A DNA stretch of 64,000 nucleotides, taken from Bacteroidales bacterium (GTDB taxonomy: Bacteria; Bacteroidota; Bacteroidia; Bacteroidales; P3). Location of the stretch: contig JAFUWF010000005.1 of assembly GCA_017483575.1 (NCBI GenBank), positions 114 to 64,113 on the forward strand, given 5' to 3'. The notes under the pieces were generated by a model. The model saw only the letters and a list, made by a program, of their open reading frames with translations. It ran no database searches and was not told where the DNA came from. Both the position numbers and the translations under genes were made by a program. Below, in pieces: positions 8,373 through 16,885 of this stretch. Positions within the stretch are counted from its first letter, which is position 1. Each line of letters begins with the position of its first letter.

Positions 8373-10005
8373 CGCTCAGCTGTTCCACGCAGCGCATGCC
8401 GTCGAGGGCGGAGGAGACGATGCCGCCGGCGTAGCCGGCACCTTCGCCGCAGGGATAGAGACCTTGCAACTGAGGATGTTGAAGGGTTGCTCGGTCGCGG
8501 GGGATACGCACGGGACTCGAGGTGCGGCTCTCCACGGCCAGCAACGAGGCCTCCTCGGTGACGAAGCCGTGCATCTTGCGGTCGAAGTCCTTGAACGCCT
8601 GTATCAGACAGTCCACCACGAAGGGGGGCAGCACCTCATGCAGCGGGGCGCTGACGCAGTGGCCCATATAGTTGCTCTTGTTCAGCCGCGACGAGGGGCG
8701 GCGCTCCAGGAAGTCCACCAGCCGCTGCGACGGGGCATCGATGCACCCGCCCGCGGCCTCGAAGACCCTCTGCTCCACAGCCTGCTGGAAGCGCAGCAGC
8801 GCCAACGGGTCGCACACTCCTCCGTCTGCCCTGCGGGCAGCCACCTCCCCTAACTTAGGGGAGGAACCAAGATAGCCAAGACAGCCTGCATCCTCCACTC
8901 CCACGGTGACGGCGATGCCGCTGTTGGCGAAGGCCGAGTTGCGGGCGGCGTTGCTCATGCCGTTCACCACCTGCTGTCCTCCCGCCGTGGCGGCAGGAAC
9001 GATGACGCCTCCGGGGCACATACAGAAACTGAACACGCCGTGCCCGGCAACCTGCGTGGTCAGGCTATAGGTGGCCGGGGGCAGCAGACGGGAATAGCCA
9101 CGGCCGTGATACTGAATCTCGTTGATCAGCTCCTGCGGGTGTTCCACACGGACCCCCAGGGCGAACGGCTTGGCATCCAGCAGCCAACCGCGGCGGGCAA
9201 AGAGCTCGTAGATGTCGCGTGCTGAGTGGCCCGTGGCAAGAACAACGGCGTCGCCCTCGACATGGAGCGTCTGCGGCCCGCCGGCATCGCTCCGCTCCGC
9301 CACCACCCCGCGGACGCGCCCCTCGCGCACCACAAGGTCCACCACACGCGTATTGAAATGATACTCACCGCCATGCGATAGTATGGTTTCGCGCATACGC
9401 GCGATGATGGCCGGCAGTCGGTCGGTACCGATATGGGCATGCACGTCGACCATGATGTCGGGATCGGCGCCATGCTCCACGAAGAGCCGCAGCACCTCGG
9501 AGACATCGCCGCGCTTGGTAGAGCGTGTGTAGAGCTTGCCGTCGCTGTAGGTCCCCGCGCCACCCTCGCCGAAACACCAGTTGCTGTCGGGGTTCACCAC
9601 CTTGGTGCGCACCATACCGACAATATCGGCCTTGCGCTCCTCCACGGGTTTGCCGCGTTCGACGATGACGGGTTTCATGCCCAACTGCAACGCCCTCAGC
9701 GCCGCGAAGAGCCCCGCGGGCCCAGCACCGACGATGACTACGCGGAATGGAGAATGAAGCATCGGCTGACCAGGAACGGGATTCTTCACTCTTGATTCTT
9801 GATTCTTCATTCCTGATTCTCCATTCACTTCCACGGTGCAGTGGTACACCACATGGCGGCGGCGGCAGTCGATGCTGCGACGCACAATCTGCCAACGCTC
9901 GCCGGCCTGCAGTCCGCGGCCGAGAACCTTCTCTACGGCACGCTTCACGGCGGCTTCCGAGGCATACTCCTCGGGCGTAAGGTCTATTTGTATCTGTTTC
10001 GCCAT
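8347..10005 (-). CDS. NAD(P)/FAD-dependent oxidoreductase (COG2509-like)
   Basis: Dinucleotide-binding VVIVGAGPAGLFAALRA, GEGGAGTYSDGKL, C-terminal GEGAGYAGGIVSSALDG. ATG at 10003-10005 (MAKQIQ...) inside track ORF 8347-10098. Confidence 0.8.
   Translation of the reverse strand: MAKQIQIDLTPEEYASEAAVKRAVEKVLGRGLQAGERWQIVRRSIDCRRRHVVYHCTVEVNGESGMKNQESRVKNPVPGQPMLHSPFRVVIVGAGPAGLFAALRALQLGMKPVIVERGKPVEERKADIVGMVRTKVVNPDSNWCFGEGGAGTYSDGKLYTRSTKRGDVSEVLRLFVEHGADPDIMVDVHAHIGTDRLPAIIARMRETILSHGGEYHFNTRVVDLVVREGRVRGVVAERSDAGGPQTLHVEGDAVVLATGHSARDIYELFARRGWLLDAKPFALGVRVEHPQELINEIQYHGRGYSRLLPPATYSLTTQVAGHGVFSFCMCPGGVIVPAATAGGQQVVNGMSNAARNSAFANSGIAVTVGVEDAGCLGYLGSSPKLGEVAARRADGGVCDPLALLRFQQAVEQRVFEAAGGCIDAPSQRLVDFLERRPSSRLNKSNYMGHCVSAPLHEVLPPFVVDCLIQAFKDFDRKMHGFVTEEASLLAVESRTSSPVRIPRDRATLQHPQLQGLYPCGEGAGYAGGIVSSALDGMRCVEQLSGELYMSAN
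8813..8865. repeat. In-frame two-hairpin palindromic element, copy A
   Basis: The reverse complement reads TCCTCCCCTAAGTTAGGGGAGGTGGCTGCCCGCAGGGCAGACGGAGGAGTGTG, matching 62760-62812. It is translated as SPKLGEVAARRADGGV inside the oxidoreductase. Confidence 0.7.
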
Positions 10006-10237
10006 TGCGACATCTTTTTCGTTTGAAACAAGGAGCAAAGTTACACAAAAAAACCGAAACACAGGCCAACAACCTCCAAAATAACCGCTATAACACATAC
10101 TATCAACTGTTTACACAAAGAACAACCACCCCCACTTCCCAGAAAAAACGCCCCCTCCATTCGCCAATTGGCGAAAGTCATTCACCCAAAATAACGCATT
10201 TTCACCCAACGAAAGAGGCATCTCATTCGTGTCTTAT

Positions 10238-10353
10238 TCGACTGTTCTTATATAGTATACATATAGTATGCATATACTTCTCATATAGTTCTTATATACA
10301 GTATATAAGAAGTATATGAGAAGTATATGTATACTATATGAATACTATATAAC
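10238..10353. repeat. AT-rich long imperfect palindrome (family P), copy P1
   Basis: Two ~53 bp arms (CTTATATAGTATACATATAGTATGCATATACTTCTCATATAGTTCTTATATAC and its near reverse complement) are centred at 10300, with a TCGACTGTTC flank on the left. Confidence 0.8.
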
Positions 10354-10515
10354 AAGGGGCGAAGTTGGGGCGTGTCGGAGTTACATCTGACTGCCGTGTG
10401 AGGTTATTGAGACAGAGCCTCTTCGAGGCTCTTGTTGCTGCATCGATATGTTAAATTTCTTGCGTTTGCCCTGTAGGTGGAGGAAGGTTTTTGGGTAGGT
10501 ATGAAAAAAAATATG

Positions 10516-10523
10516 TATCTTTG
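10516..10523 (+). promoter_or_regulatory. -7 promoter box (TATCTTTG)
   Basis: TAnnTTTG lies only 5 nt before the ATG at 10529. This implies a leaderless or very short leader mRNA, or use of a downstream Met (10580). Confidence 0.4.
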
Positions 10524-10528
10524 CAGTT

Positions 10529-12451
10529 ATGATTAAAAGGGCTGCACGATACAATTATCTGGTCTGCATCTACTTGGCAGGCATGGTGTTTTTCACGTTG
10601 TTCCGATTGGCGGAGACGGGGGTGTATTGTTCGATGTCGGAGGAGGGCGTGGATTTCGGCGGGCTCTACGGCCATGCGCTGTGGAATGGCTTCCGGTTCG
10701 ACACGGCGGTGAGCTGCTATATGCTGGCGTTGCCGCTGCTGATGCTGATTGTGGGCGAGGTGGCCCGTGTCCGGAAGCGGTGGTACTACGGCGTGGTGCA
10801 CTATCTGTTGATGGTGCTGTACACGGTGGGGTTCTTCGCGTGCGCGGCGGATATTCCCTATTTCTGCTACTTTTTCCAGCGGCTGGACGCTGCGTCGCTG
10901 GGGCTGACGGACAGCTTCGGCATGGCGGTGAGCATGATTGTGAGCGAGCCGATGTATGTGGTGTACCTAGGGGTGTTTGTAGTGGTGAGTGTGGGCTGGT
11001 GGCTGTTGGGAAGATTGATTTACAGAAAGATACTATTGAAGTACCTCGAGGAGCGGTTGCCGCTCGGTTGGGGCATAGGCCTGGGGGCGTTGCTGCTGGC
11101 GGTGGGCTTTGTGGGTATGCGCGGGACGCTGTCGTCGAAGAGTCCGCTGCGCGTGGGCACGGCCTACTATTGCAACAATGCGTTCCTGAACCAGATTGGG
11201 CTGAACCCGGTGTTCACCTTCATGAAGAGCATGGAGGATGCGGGGCGTAGCGCCAACCAGCCCCTCTCGTTGCTGGAGGAGAGCGAGGCTGAGGCTGTGC
11301 TGTCCGAATGGCGTGCGCTGCCTGCCGACAGCACGCTGGCCGAGGCGCGGCTGCGGTTGCCGGAAGGGACGAATGTGGTGCTGGTGCTGATGGAATCCAT
11401 GAGCGCCGAGAAGACGGGCCTGAGCCGCACGGGGGAGAGCCTGACGCCGAGCCTGGACAGCCTGATGGAGCGGTCGATGACCTTCACGGAGGCGTGGTCG
11501 GCCGGCATCCACACGCACAACGGCATCTACTCGTCGCTCTACGGGCACCCTGCCCTGCTGTCGCGCCAGATGATCAAGGGGACGCCCATCCCGCGCATGT
11601 ACGGCTTGCCGCACGTGCTGAAGGAGGCCGGATACCGCACCACCTACTTCATGACCCACCAGGAGGACTACGACAATATGCGCGGATTCCTGTACCAGAA
11701 CGCCTTCGACCGTGTGGTGGGGCAGTCCAGCTACCCTTCGAGGGAGGTGGTGGGCACGTGGGGTGTGCCGGACCATGTGATGTTCGACCACATGATAGAG
11801 CACCTGGACAGCACGGCGGACAGCGGTCCGTTCTTTGCCTGTGCGATGACGTGCAGCGACCACGGGCCGTACATTATCCCCGAGGGCATCGACCTGAAGT
11901 GCCGCCATACGGACCGCAAGCAGGCGATAGTGGAATACGCGGACTGGGCGATAGGGCGCTTCATGCAGGAGGCCAGCCGACGGCCGTGGTTCGGGAAGAC
12001 GCTGTTTGTCTTCGTGGCCGACCACGGGGCGCGGATGGATGCGGTGTACGACATGGCGCTGAGCTACAACCATGTGCCGTTGCTGTTCTATGCGCCGGGA
12101 AGAATCGAGGCGCACAGGGTGGAGCGGTTGGCGCAGCAGATCGACATTGCCCCGACGGTGCTGGGCCTGCTGGGCCTGGACGACGGCGGGAGGATGCTGG
12201 GCACGGACCTGCGGACCCACACGAGGCCCTATGCCTACTTCAGCGCCGACGACAAGATAGGCGTGGTGGATGGCGAGATGCTGATGATCTACCGCGTAAA
12301 GCAAAAGAACACAAGCCTATACAGATACAAGGAACTGAGCACCGACGACCTTGCCGGGGAGCTTCCGGAGCGCGCGGCGGCCATGCGGCGCCACGCTTTC
12401 GGGCTGACGCAAAGCAGCCAGCGGATGACGAGCGAGCGGGAAACGAGGTAG
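10529..12451 (+). CDS. LTA synthase-family sulfatase-domain membrane protein (phosphoglycerol/phosphoethanolamine transferase-like)
   Basis: Five N-terminal TM helices followed by an alkaline-phosphatase/sulfatase domain (VVLVLMESMSAE...TPSLDSL...VFVADHG); 640 aa. Confidence 0.75.
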   Translation: MIKRAARYNYLVCIYLAGMVFFTLFRLAETGVYCSMSEEGVDFGGLYGHALWNGFRFDTAVSCYMLALPLLMLIVGEVARVRKRWYYGVVHYLLMVLYTVGFFACAADIPYFCYFFQRLDAASLGLTDSFGMAVSMIVSEPMYVVYLGVFVVVSVGWWLLGRLIYRKILLKYLEERLPLGWGIGLGALLLAVGFVGMRGTLSSKSPLRVGTAYYCNNAFLNQIGLNPVFTFMKSMEDAGRSANQPLSLLEESEAEAVLSEWRALPADSTLAEARLRLPEGTNVVLVLMESMSAEKTGLSRTGESLTPSLDSLMERSMTFTEAWSAGIHTHNGIYSSLYGHPALLSRQMIKGTPIPRMYGLPHVLKEAGYRTTYFMTHQEDYDNMRGFLYQNAFDRVVGQSSYPSREVVGTWGVPDHVMFDHMIEHLDSTADSGPFFACAMTCSDHGPYIIPEGIDLKCRHTDRKQAIVEYADWAIGRFMQEASRRPWFGKTLFVFVADHGARMDAVYDMALSYNHVPLLFYAPGRIEAHRVERLAQQIDIAPTVLGLLGLDDGGRMLGTDLRTHTRPYAYFSADDKIGVVDGEMLMIYRVKQKNTSLYRYKELSTDDLAGELPERAAAMRRHAFGLTQSSQRMTSERETR

Positions 12452-12496
12452 GCGGGAAGCGGTGCGAGGAGAAAGGTAAAAAAAGAAAGGTTTTCT

Positions 12497-14578
12497 ATGG
12501 AATTCAAGTTGAAATCGGATTTTGCGCCCATGGGCGACCAGCCGGAGGCCATCCGCCAGCTGGTGGAAGGCGTGCGCGGAGGCCAGCGGGCGCAGGTGCT
12601 GCAGGGTGTTACGGGCAGCGGAAAGACCTTCACTGTGGCCAATGTCATTGCGCAGCTGCAGCGCCCTACCCTGGTGCTGAGCCACAACAAGACGCTGGCG
12701 GCGCAGCTCTACGGCGAATTCCGCCAGTTTTTCCCCGAGAATGCGGTGGAATACTTCGTGAGCTACTACGACTACTACCAGCCGGAAGCCTACATTGCGG
12801 CCACGAATACCTATATCGAGAAAGACCTGGCCATCAACGACGAGCTGGACAAGTTGCGCCTGCGTGCCAGCTCGGCCCTGCTGAGCGGGCGGAGGGATGT
12901 CATCGTGGTGTCGTCGGTGAGCTGCATCTACGGCATCGGCAACCCGGAAGAATTCAAGAAAGGGACCGTAGAGATACGCGTGGGCGACCGCCTGAAGCGC
13001 GACGACCTGCTGATGCGGCTGCTCGACGCGCAGTATGTGAGGAACGAGATAGAGTTTGTCAACGGCCGTTTCCGCGTGAAGGGCGACACGGTGGATATCT
13101 ACCCCTCGTTTGCAGATTTCTGCTACCGTGTGTCGTTCTGGGACGACGAGGTGGAGAGCCTGGAGAGTTTCGACCCCATCAGCGGACAGCGGATTGACCG
13201 TTTCGAGGACATTGTAATCTATCCCGCCAGCAACTTCCTCACCTCGAAGGACCACATGGCCGAGGCGATTTTGCAGATACAGCGCGACATGTTTGAGCGG
13301 AGAGACTACCTGGAGAGCATAGACAAGCACCTGGAGGCAAAGCGGTTGGAGGAGAGGGTGAACTACGACCTGGAGATGATTCAGGAGCTGGGATACTGTT
13401 CGGGTATCGAGAACTACAGCCGCTACTTCGACGGCCGTGCGCCGGGGAGCCGCCCGTTCTGCCTGATAGACTACTTCCCGGACGACTTCCTGCTGGTGGT
13501 GGACGAGAGCCATGTGACGGTGCCGCAGATAGGCGCCATGTACGGGGGCGACCGATCGAGGAAGACATCGCTGGTGGAATACGGATTCCGTTTGCCGTCG
13601 GCCCTGGATAACCGCCCGTTGACCTACGACGAATTCTACAACCTCACCGGGCAGACCATCTACATCAGCGCCACGCCGGCGGACTACGAGCTGGGCGAGG
13701 CCGAGGGTGTGGTGGTGGAGCAGGTGATACGTCCCACGGGATTGTTGGACCCCGTGGTGGAGGTGCGTCCGGCGGTGAGCCAGGTGGACGACCTGCTGGA
13801 CGAGATAGAGAACACCGTGGACAAGGGGGAGCGTGTGCTGGTGACCACGTTGACCAAGCGCATGGCCGAGGAGTTGACGAGCTACCTGATCAACCTCGGT
13901 ATCAAGAGTAAATACATACATAGCGATGTGGACACCCTGGAGAGGGTGGAGATCATGCGCGACCTGAGAATGGGGGTGTTCGACGTGCTGGTGGGCGTCA
14001 ACCTGCTGCGCGAAGGACTGGACCTGCCGGAGGTGAGTCTGGTGGCCATCCTGGACGCCGACAAGGAGGGATTCCTGCGCAGCGACCGCGCGTTGATACA
14101 GACCATAGGCCGTGCGGCGCGCAATGTGCACAGCAAGGCCATCCTGTACGGAGACACCATTACCGGCTCAATGCAGCGTGCCATAGACCTCACGAACCGC
14201 CATAGGGAGAAACAGATAAAATACAATATGGAACACGGGATCGTGCCGCGCCAGATTGTGAAGAGCACGGATGCCATCCTGGGGACCACGAGCGTTATCG
14301 AACTGGCTGCCGAGGAGGCCGGGCGTGCCACGCCGCAATCGCAGGTGGCCCAGCTGCAGACCCCCATGGCCGCCGAGGAGGAGTCCGAATACGGCACAGC
14401 GAAGAAAGAACCGGAGCCGTCGCCCTACCTGAAAATGACCAAGGAGCAGCTGCGCAAGGAGATACGCGAACGGCAGCGGAAGATGCAGACAGCCGCCAAG
14501 GAGCTGGACTTCATGGCCGCCGCAAAATACCGCGACGAGATAAAAGAGCTGCAAGGGTTGCTGGAGACGGCAAGATAA
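12497..14578 (+). CDS. uvrB: Excinuclease ABC subunit B
   Basis: PMGDQPEAI...GVTGSGKTFT Walker A, DESHVT, helicase motifs, C-terminal UVR domain (MAAAKYRDEIKELQ); 693 aa. Confidence 0.95.
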   Translation: MEFKLKSDFAPMGDQPEAIRQLVEGVRGGQRAQVLQGVTGSGKTFTVANVIAQLQRPTLVLSHNKTLAAQLYGEFRQFFPENAVEYFVSYYDYYQPEAYIAATNTYIEKDLAINDELDKLRLRASSALLSGRRDVIVVSSVSCIYGIGNPEEFKKGTVEIRVGDRLKRDDLLMRLLDAQYVRNEIEFVNGRFRVKGDTVDIYPSFADFCYRVSFWDDEVESLESFDPISGQRIDRFEDIVIYPASNFLTSKDHMAEAILQIQRDMFERRDYLESIDKHLEAKRLEERVNYDLEMIQELGYCSGIENYSRYFDGRAPGSRPFCLIDYFPDDFLLVVDESHVTVPQIGAMYGGDRSRKTSLVEYGFRLPSALDNRPLTYDEFYNLTGQTIYISATPADYELGEAEGVVVEQVIRPTGLLDPVVEVRPAVSQVDDLLDEIENTVDKGERVLVTTLTKRMAEELTSYLINLGIKSKYIHSDVDTLERVEIMRDLRMGVFDVLVGVNLLREGLDLPEVSLVAILDADKEGFLRSDRALIQTIGRAARNVHSKAILYGDTITGSMQRAIDLTNRHREKQIKYNMEHGIVPRQIVKSTDAILGTTSVIELAAEEAGRATPQSQVAQLQTPMAAEEESEYGTAKKEPEPSPYLKMTKEQLRKEIRERQRKMQTAAKELDFMAAAKYRDEIKELQGLLETAR

Positions 14579-14625
14579 AAAAAAGAGAGCCCCGCTGCGG
14601 ATGCAGCGGGGCTCTTCGTTTCGTT
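14577..14625. terminator. Bidirectional intrinsic terminator between uvrB and the convergent OmpA-family gene
   Basis: 12-bp perfect stem GAGCCCCGCTGC-GGAT-GCAGCGGGGCTC, flanked by an A-run upstream and a T-rich tract downstream. Confidence 0.7.
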
Positions 14626-14640
14626 GGCCGAGGGCCGTCA

Positions 14641-16857
14641 TCACTTGATGGTGATGACGGCACGACGGTTCATGTAGCGGTGCTCCTCGGTGTCGTTGGG
14701 GACAACGGGCTCGCGCTCGCCCTTGGAGGCGGTGGTGATGTTGGCGGCGGGGGCGCCACGCTTCACCATGAGGGCCTTGAGGGCTTCGGCGCGCTTCATA
14801 CCGTACTTCATGTTGCCTTCGTCGGAACCGATGCTGTCGGTGTGACCGGTGACAACAACCTTGAGGTTGCGGTCGGCAGCCATAGCCTTGCAGATGGCGT
14901 TGATGGCGCGGTCGGTCTTCTCGTCGAACTTAGGTTCGGTCTTGGCGAAGTCGAAGTTGACGGTGGCGTTGATCTCATCGAGGACTTTCTGGAGTTGAGC
15001 GCGGTCGGCAGGCTTGTTCTCGACAGGCTTGCTGGCGGTGCCACAGGCGCGCTGGGCGGCATCGCGGGCCTTGACGGCGGCGCGGTAGGCGGCAGCGGTG
15101 TTGCCCATGCGGGCAGCCTCGGCGGCCTCGGCGGCATACTGCTTGGCCTCCTTGACGGCGGCCTGAGCCTCGGCGCTGTTGTTCTTGGCGGCGCAGGCTT
15201 CACCGGACTCGGCGAAGGACTTGGCGGCGGCGGCGTAGCTCTCGGGCAGGTTGCCACGGTAGGCCTTGCCGGCGGCATCCTTACCATCGGTCAGAGCGGG
15301 CTTGCTGCCCGTCTCGTTGGCCATGGCGATGGCCTCGTTGGCGAGGTTGTTGGCGAAGTTGGGATCGTTGTAGGCAGCATTGCCACGGTCGGTGCCGCAG
15401 GCAATTTCGGAGTTGATCTTGGCATTGCGGCTGGCGGCCATAGCGCAGTCGAGGCCATCCTTATGGGCGGCTTCGGCATAGAGGGCAGCGTCGTCGGCAG
15501 CCTGGGAGGCGGTGGGCTGGTTCTTCTTGCCAGCGCACTCGCGGGCATCGGCGGCGTAGCTGTCGGCGATGTCGCCATAGGCCTCGTTGAAGAGGTCGTA
15601 GGCCTTGCAGTACTGGCCTTTCTTGTGGGCAGCTTTGGCGTCGGCGGCAGCGGCCTTGGCGTCGGCAACAGCCTCCTTGGCGGCGGCGGAGCCGGACTCG
15701 TTGGCGGCCTGCTCGGCCTCGGCGAGGTCGGCGTCGATGTTGGCCATAGCGGCGGCGAGGTCAGGATTGTTCATGCGACGGGCATTGCAGCGGGCCTCGC
15801 GGGCGGCAGCCTCTTCGGCGGCCTGGGCGGCGGCAGCAGCCTCATCGTCGGGGTTGGTGTAGGTGTTGTTGTTGCCATTGCCGGCATTGTTGTTGCCATT
15901 GCCAGCGTTGTTGTTGCCGGAGTTGTCGTAGGGCACGAGAGCACCCTCGTTGTCGCCGCCCTTGGTGGAGTGGCAGTTCCAACCGACGTTGATACCGATC
16001 TTGAGACCGACGTTGAGACGGTGGAGCTCATCGATCTGGTTGGAGTTGTAGACACCGGTGTAGTCGCTCACCAGGGGACCAGTGGTGGTGGTGGCAGTGG
16101 TGGCATCGGGGGCCACGAGGAGGTTGGTGCTGGAGGTACCGTCGAGGAGGTTGGTGATGCCGTAGCCACCATAGAGGCCGAAGTAGAAGCCCCAGTGGTT
16201 GGAGAGGGCATAGTTGAAACCGAGGTCGGCGATGACGCTGACACCCATCTGCTTGAGGTTTTCATTGTCGCCGGACTCGTCGGCATTGTAGGTATCGAAA
16301 CCATAGGCAGGGAGGTCGCGGTATTCCACGTTGGTGGCGGGGAAGTAACCAGTGACGGTGAAGGAACCGTCGTCGGCCTTGTAGGTGCTGTTGTTCAGCG
16401 GGAAATCGAGCTGAGCGCCGAGGCCAAGGAGGAAGAACCAACGCTCACCCATGGGTGCGCGCCAGTAGAGCTCGATGGGGACGTTGACGGACATCACGGT
16501 CTGGATTTCTTTCCAGCTGTCGAAGCCGACGTGGGGATAGTAGGTGAGGTTGTTGGCGGGGTGGACGAGAGAGAGGGCGTTGTTGGCATTGTCGACCCAG
16601 TCGTAGGTGGCGCCAGAGCGGGAATAGTCGAACTGGACACCGAGACCCATACCGAAGTGTTTGCCGAAGAAATGGATGTACTTGAACTCGCCAAGGAAGC
16701 CGAGTTGGGGATTCCAGGAGCCATCGGCAGGACTAAACATCAGCGTGTTCATACCGCCACCGATATTGAAGCCGATGTAGTTGCTGTGCTGGTTCATCTG
16801 AGCCTGCGACCCAAGGGCGAGGGCGAGGGCTCCAAACAAGATGAATATTCGTTTCAT
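14641..16857 (-). CDS. OmpA-family outer-membrane protein with N-terminal beta-barrel, Asn/Gly repeats and a long Ala-rich linker
   Basis: Signal peptide MKRIFILFGALALALGSQAQ. Barrel-like N-terminal half. NNAGNGNNNAGNGNNN repeat. C-terminal OmpA_C motif (VVVTGHTDSIGSDEGNMKYGMKRAEAL...NRRAVITIK). Confidence 0.8.
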   Translation of the reverse strand: MKRIFILFGALALALGSQAQMNQHSNYIGFNIGGGMNTLMFSPADGSWNPQLGFLGEFKYIHFFGKHFGMGLGVQFDYSRSGATYDWVDNANNALSLVHPANNLTYYPHVGFDSWKEIQTVMSVNVPIELYWRAPMGERWFFLLGLGAQLDFPLNNSTYKADDGSFTVTGYFPATNVEYRDLPAYGFDTYNADESGDNENLKQMGVSVIADLGFNYALSNHWGFYFGLYGGYGITNLLDGTSSTNLLVAPDATTATTTTGPLVSDYTGVYNSNQIDELHRLNVGLKIGINVGWNCHSTKGGDNEGALVPYDNSGNNNAGNGNNNAGNGNNNTYTNPDDEAAAAAQAAEEAAAREARCNARRMNNPDLAAAMANIDADLAEAEQAANESGSAAAKEAVADAKAAAADAKAAHKKGQYCKAYDLFNEAYGDIADSYAADARECAGKKNQPTASQAADDAALYAEAAHKDGLDCAMAASRNAKINSEIACGTDRGNAAYNDPNFANNLANEAIAMANETGSKPALTDGKDAAGKAYRGNLPESYAAAAKSFAESGEACAAKNNSAEAQAAVKEAKQYAAEAAEAARMGNTAAAYRAAVKARDAAQRACGTASKPVENKPADRAQLQKVLDEINATVNFDFAKTEPKFDEKTDRAINAICKAMAADRNLKVVVTGHTDSIGSDEGNMKYGMKRAEALKALMVKRGAPAANITTASKGEREPVVPNDTEEHRYMNRRAVITIK

Positions 16858-16885
16858 ATAACTGTCTTTTTATTTGTTTCTAAAA

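Noticed and set aside
5440-10005. Integrated prophage or ICE starting at the tRNA-Gln/integrase junction
   Set aside because: The downstream genes are housekeeping with native composition. There are no phage, conjugation or mobilisation genes, and no attR-like repeat of the tRNA 3' end within the window.
15000-15900. Ala-rich region of the OmpA-family gene, as a possible gene fusion or frameshift
   Set aside because: A single uninterrupted frame links the barrel-like N-terminus to the OmpA_C domain, and no internal start or stop signals are present. I treated it as a linker domain.
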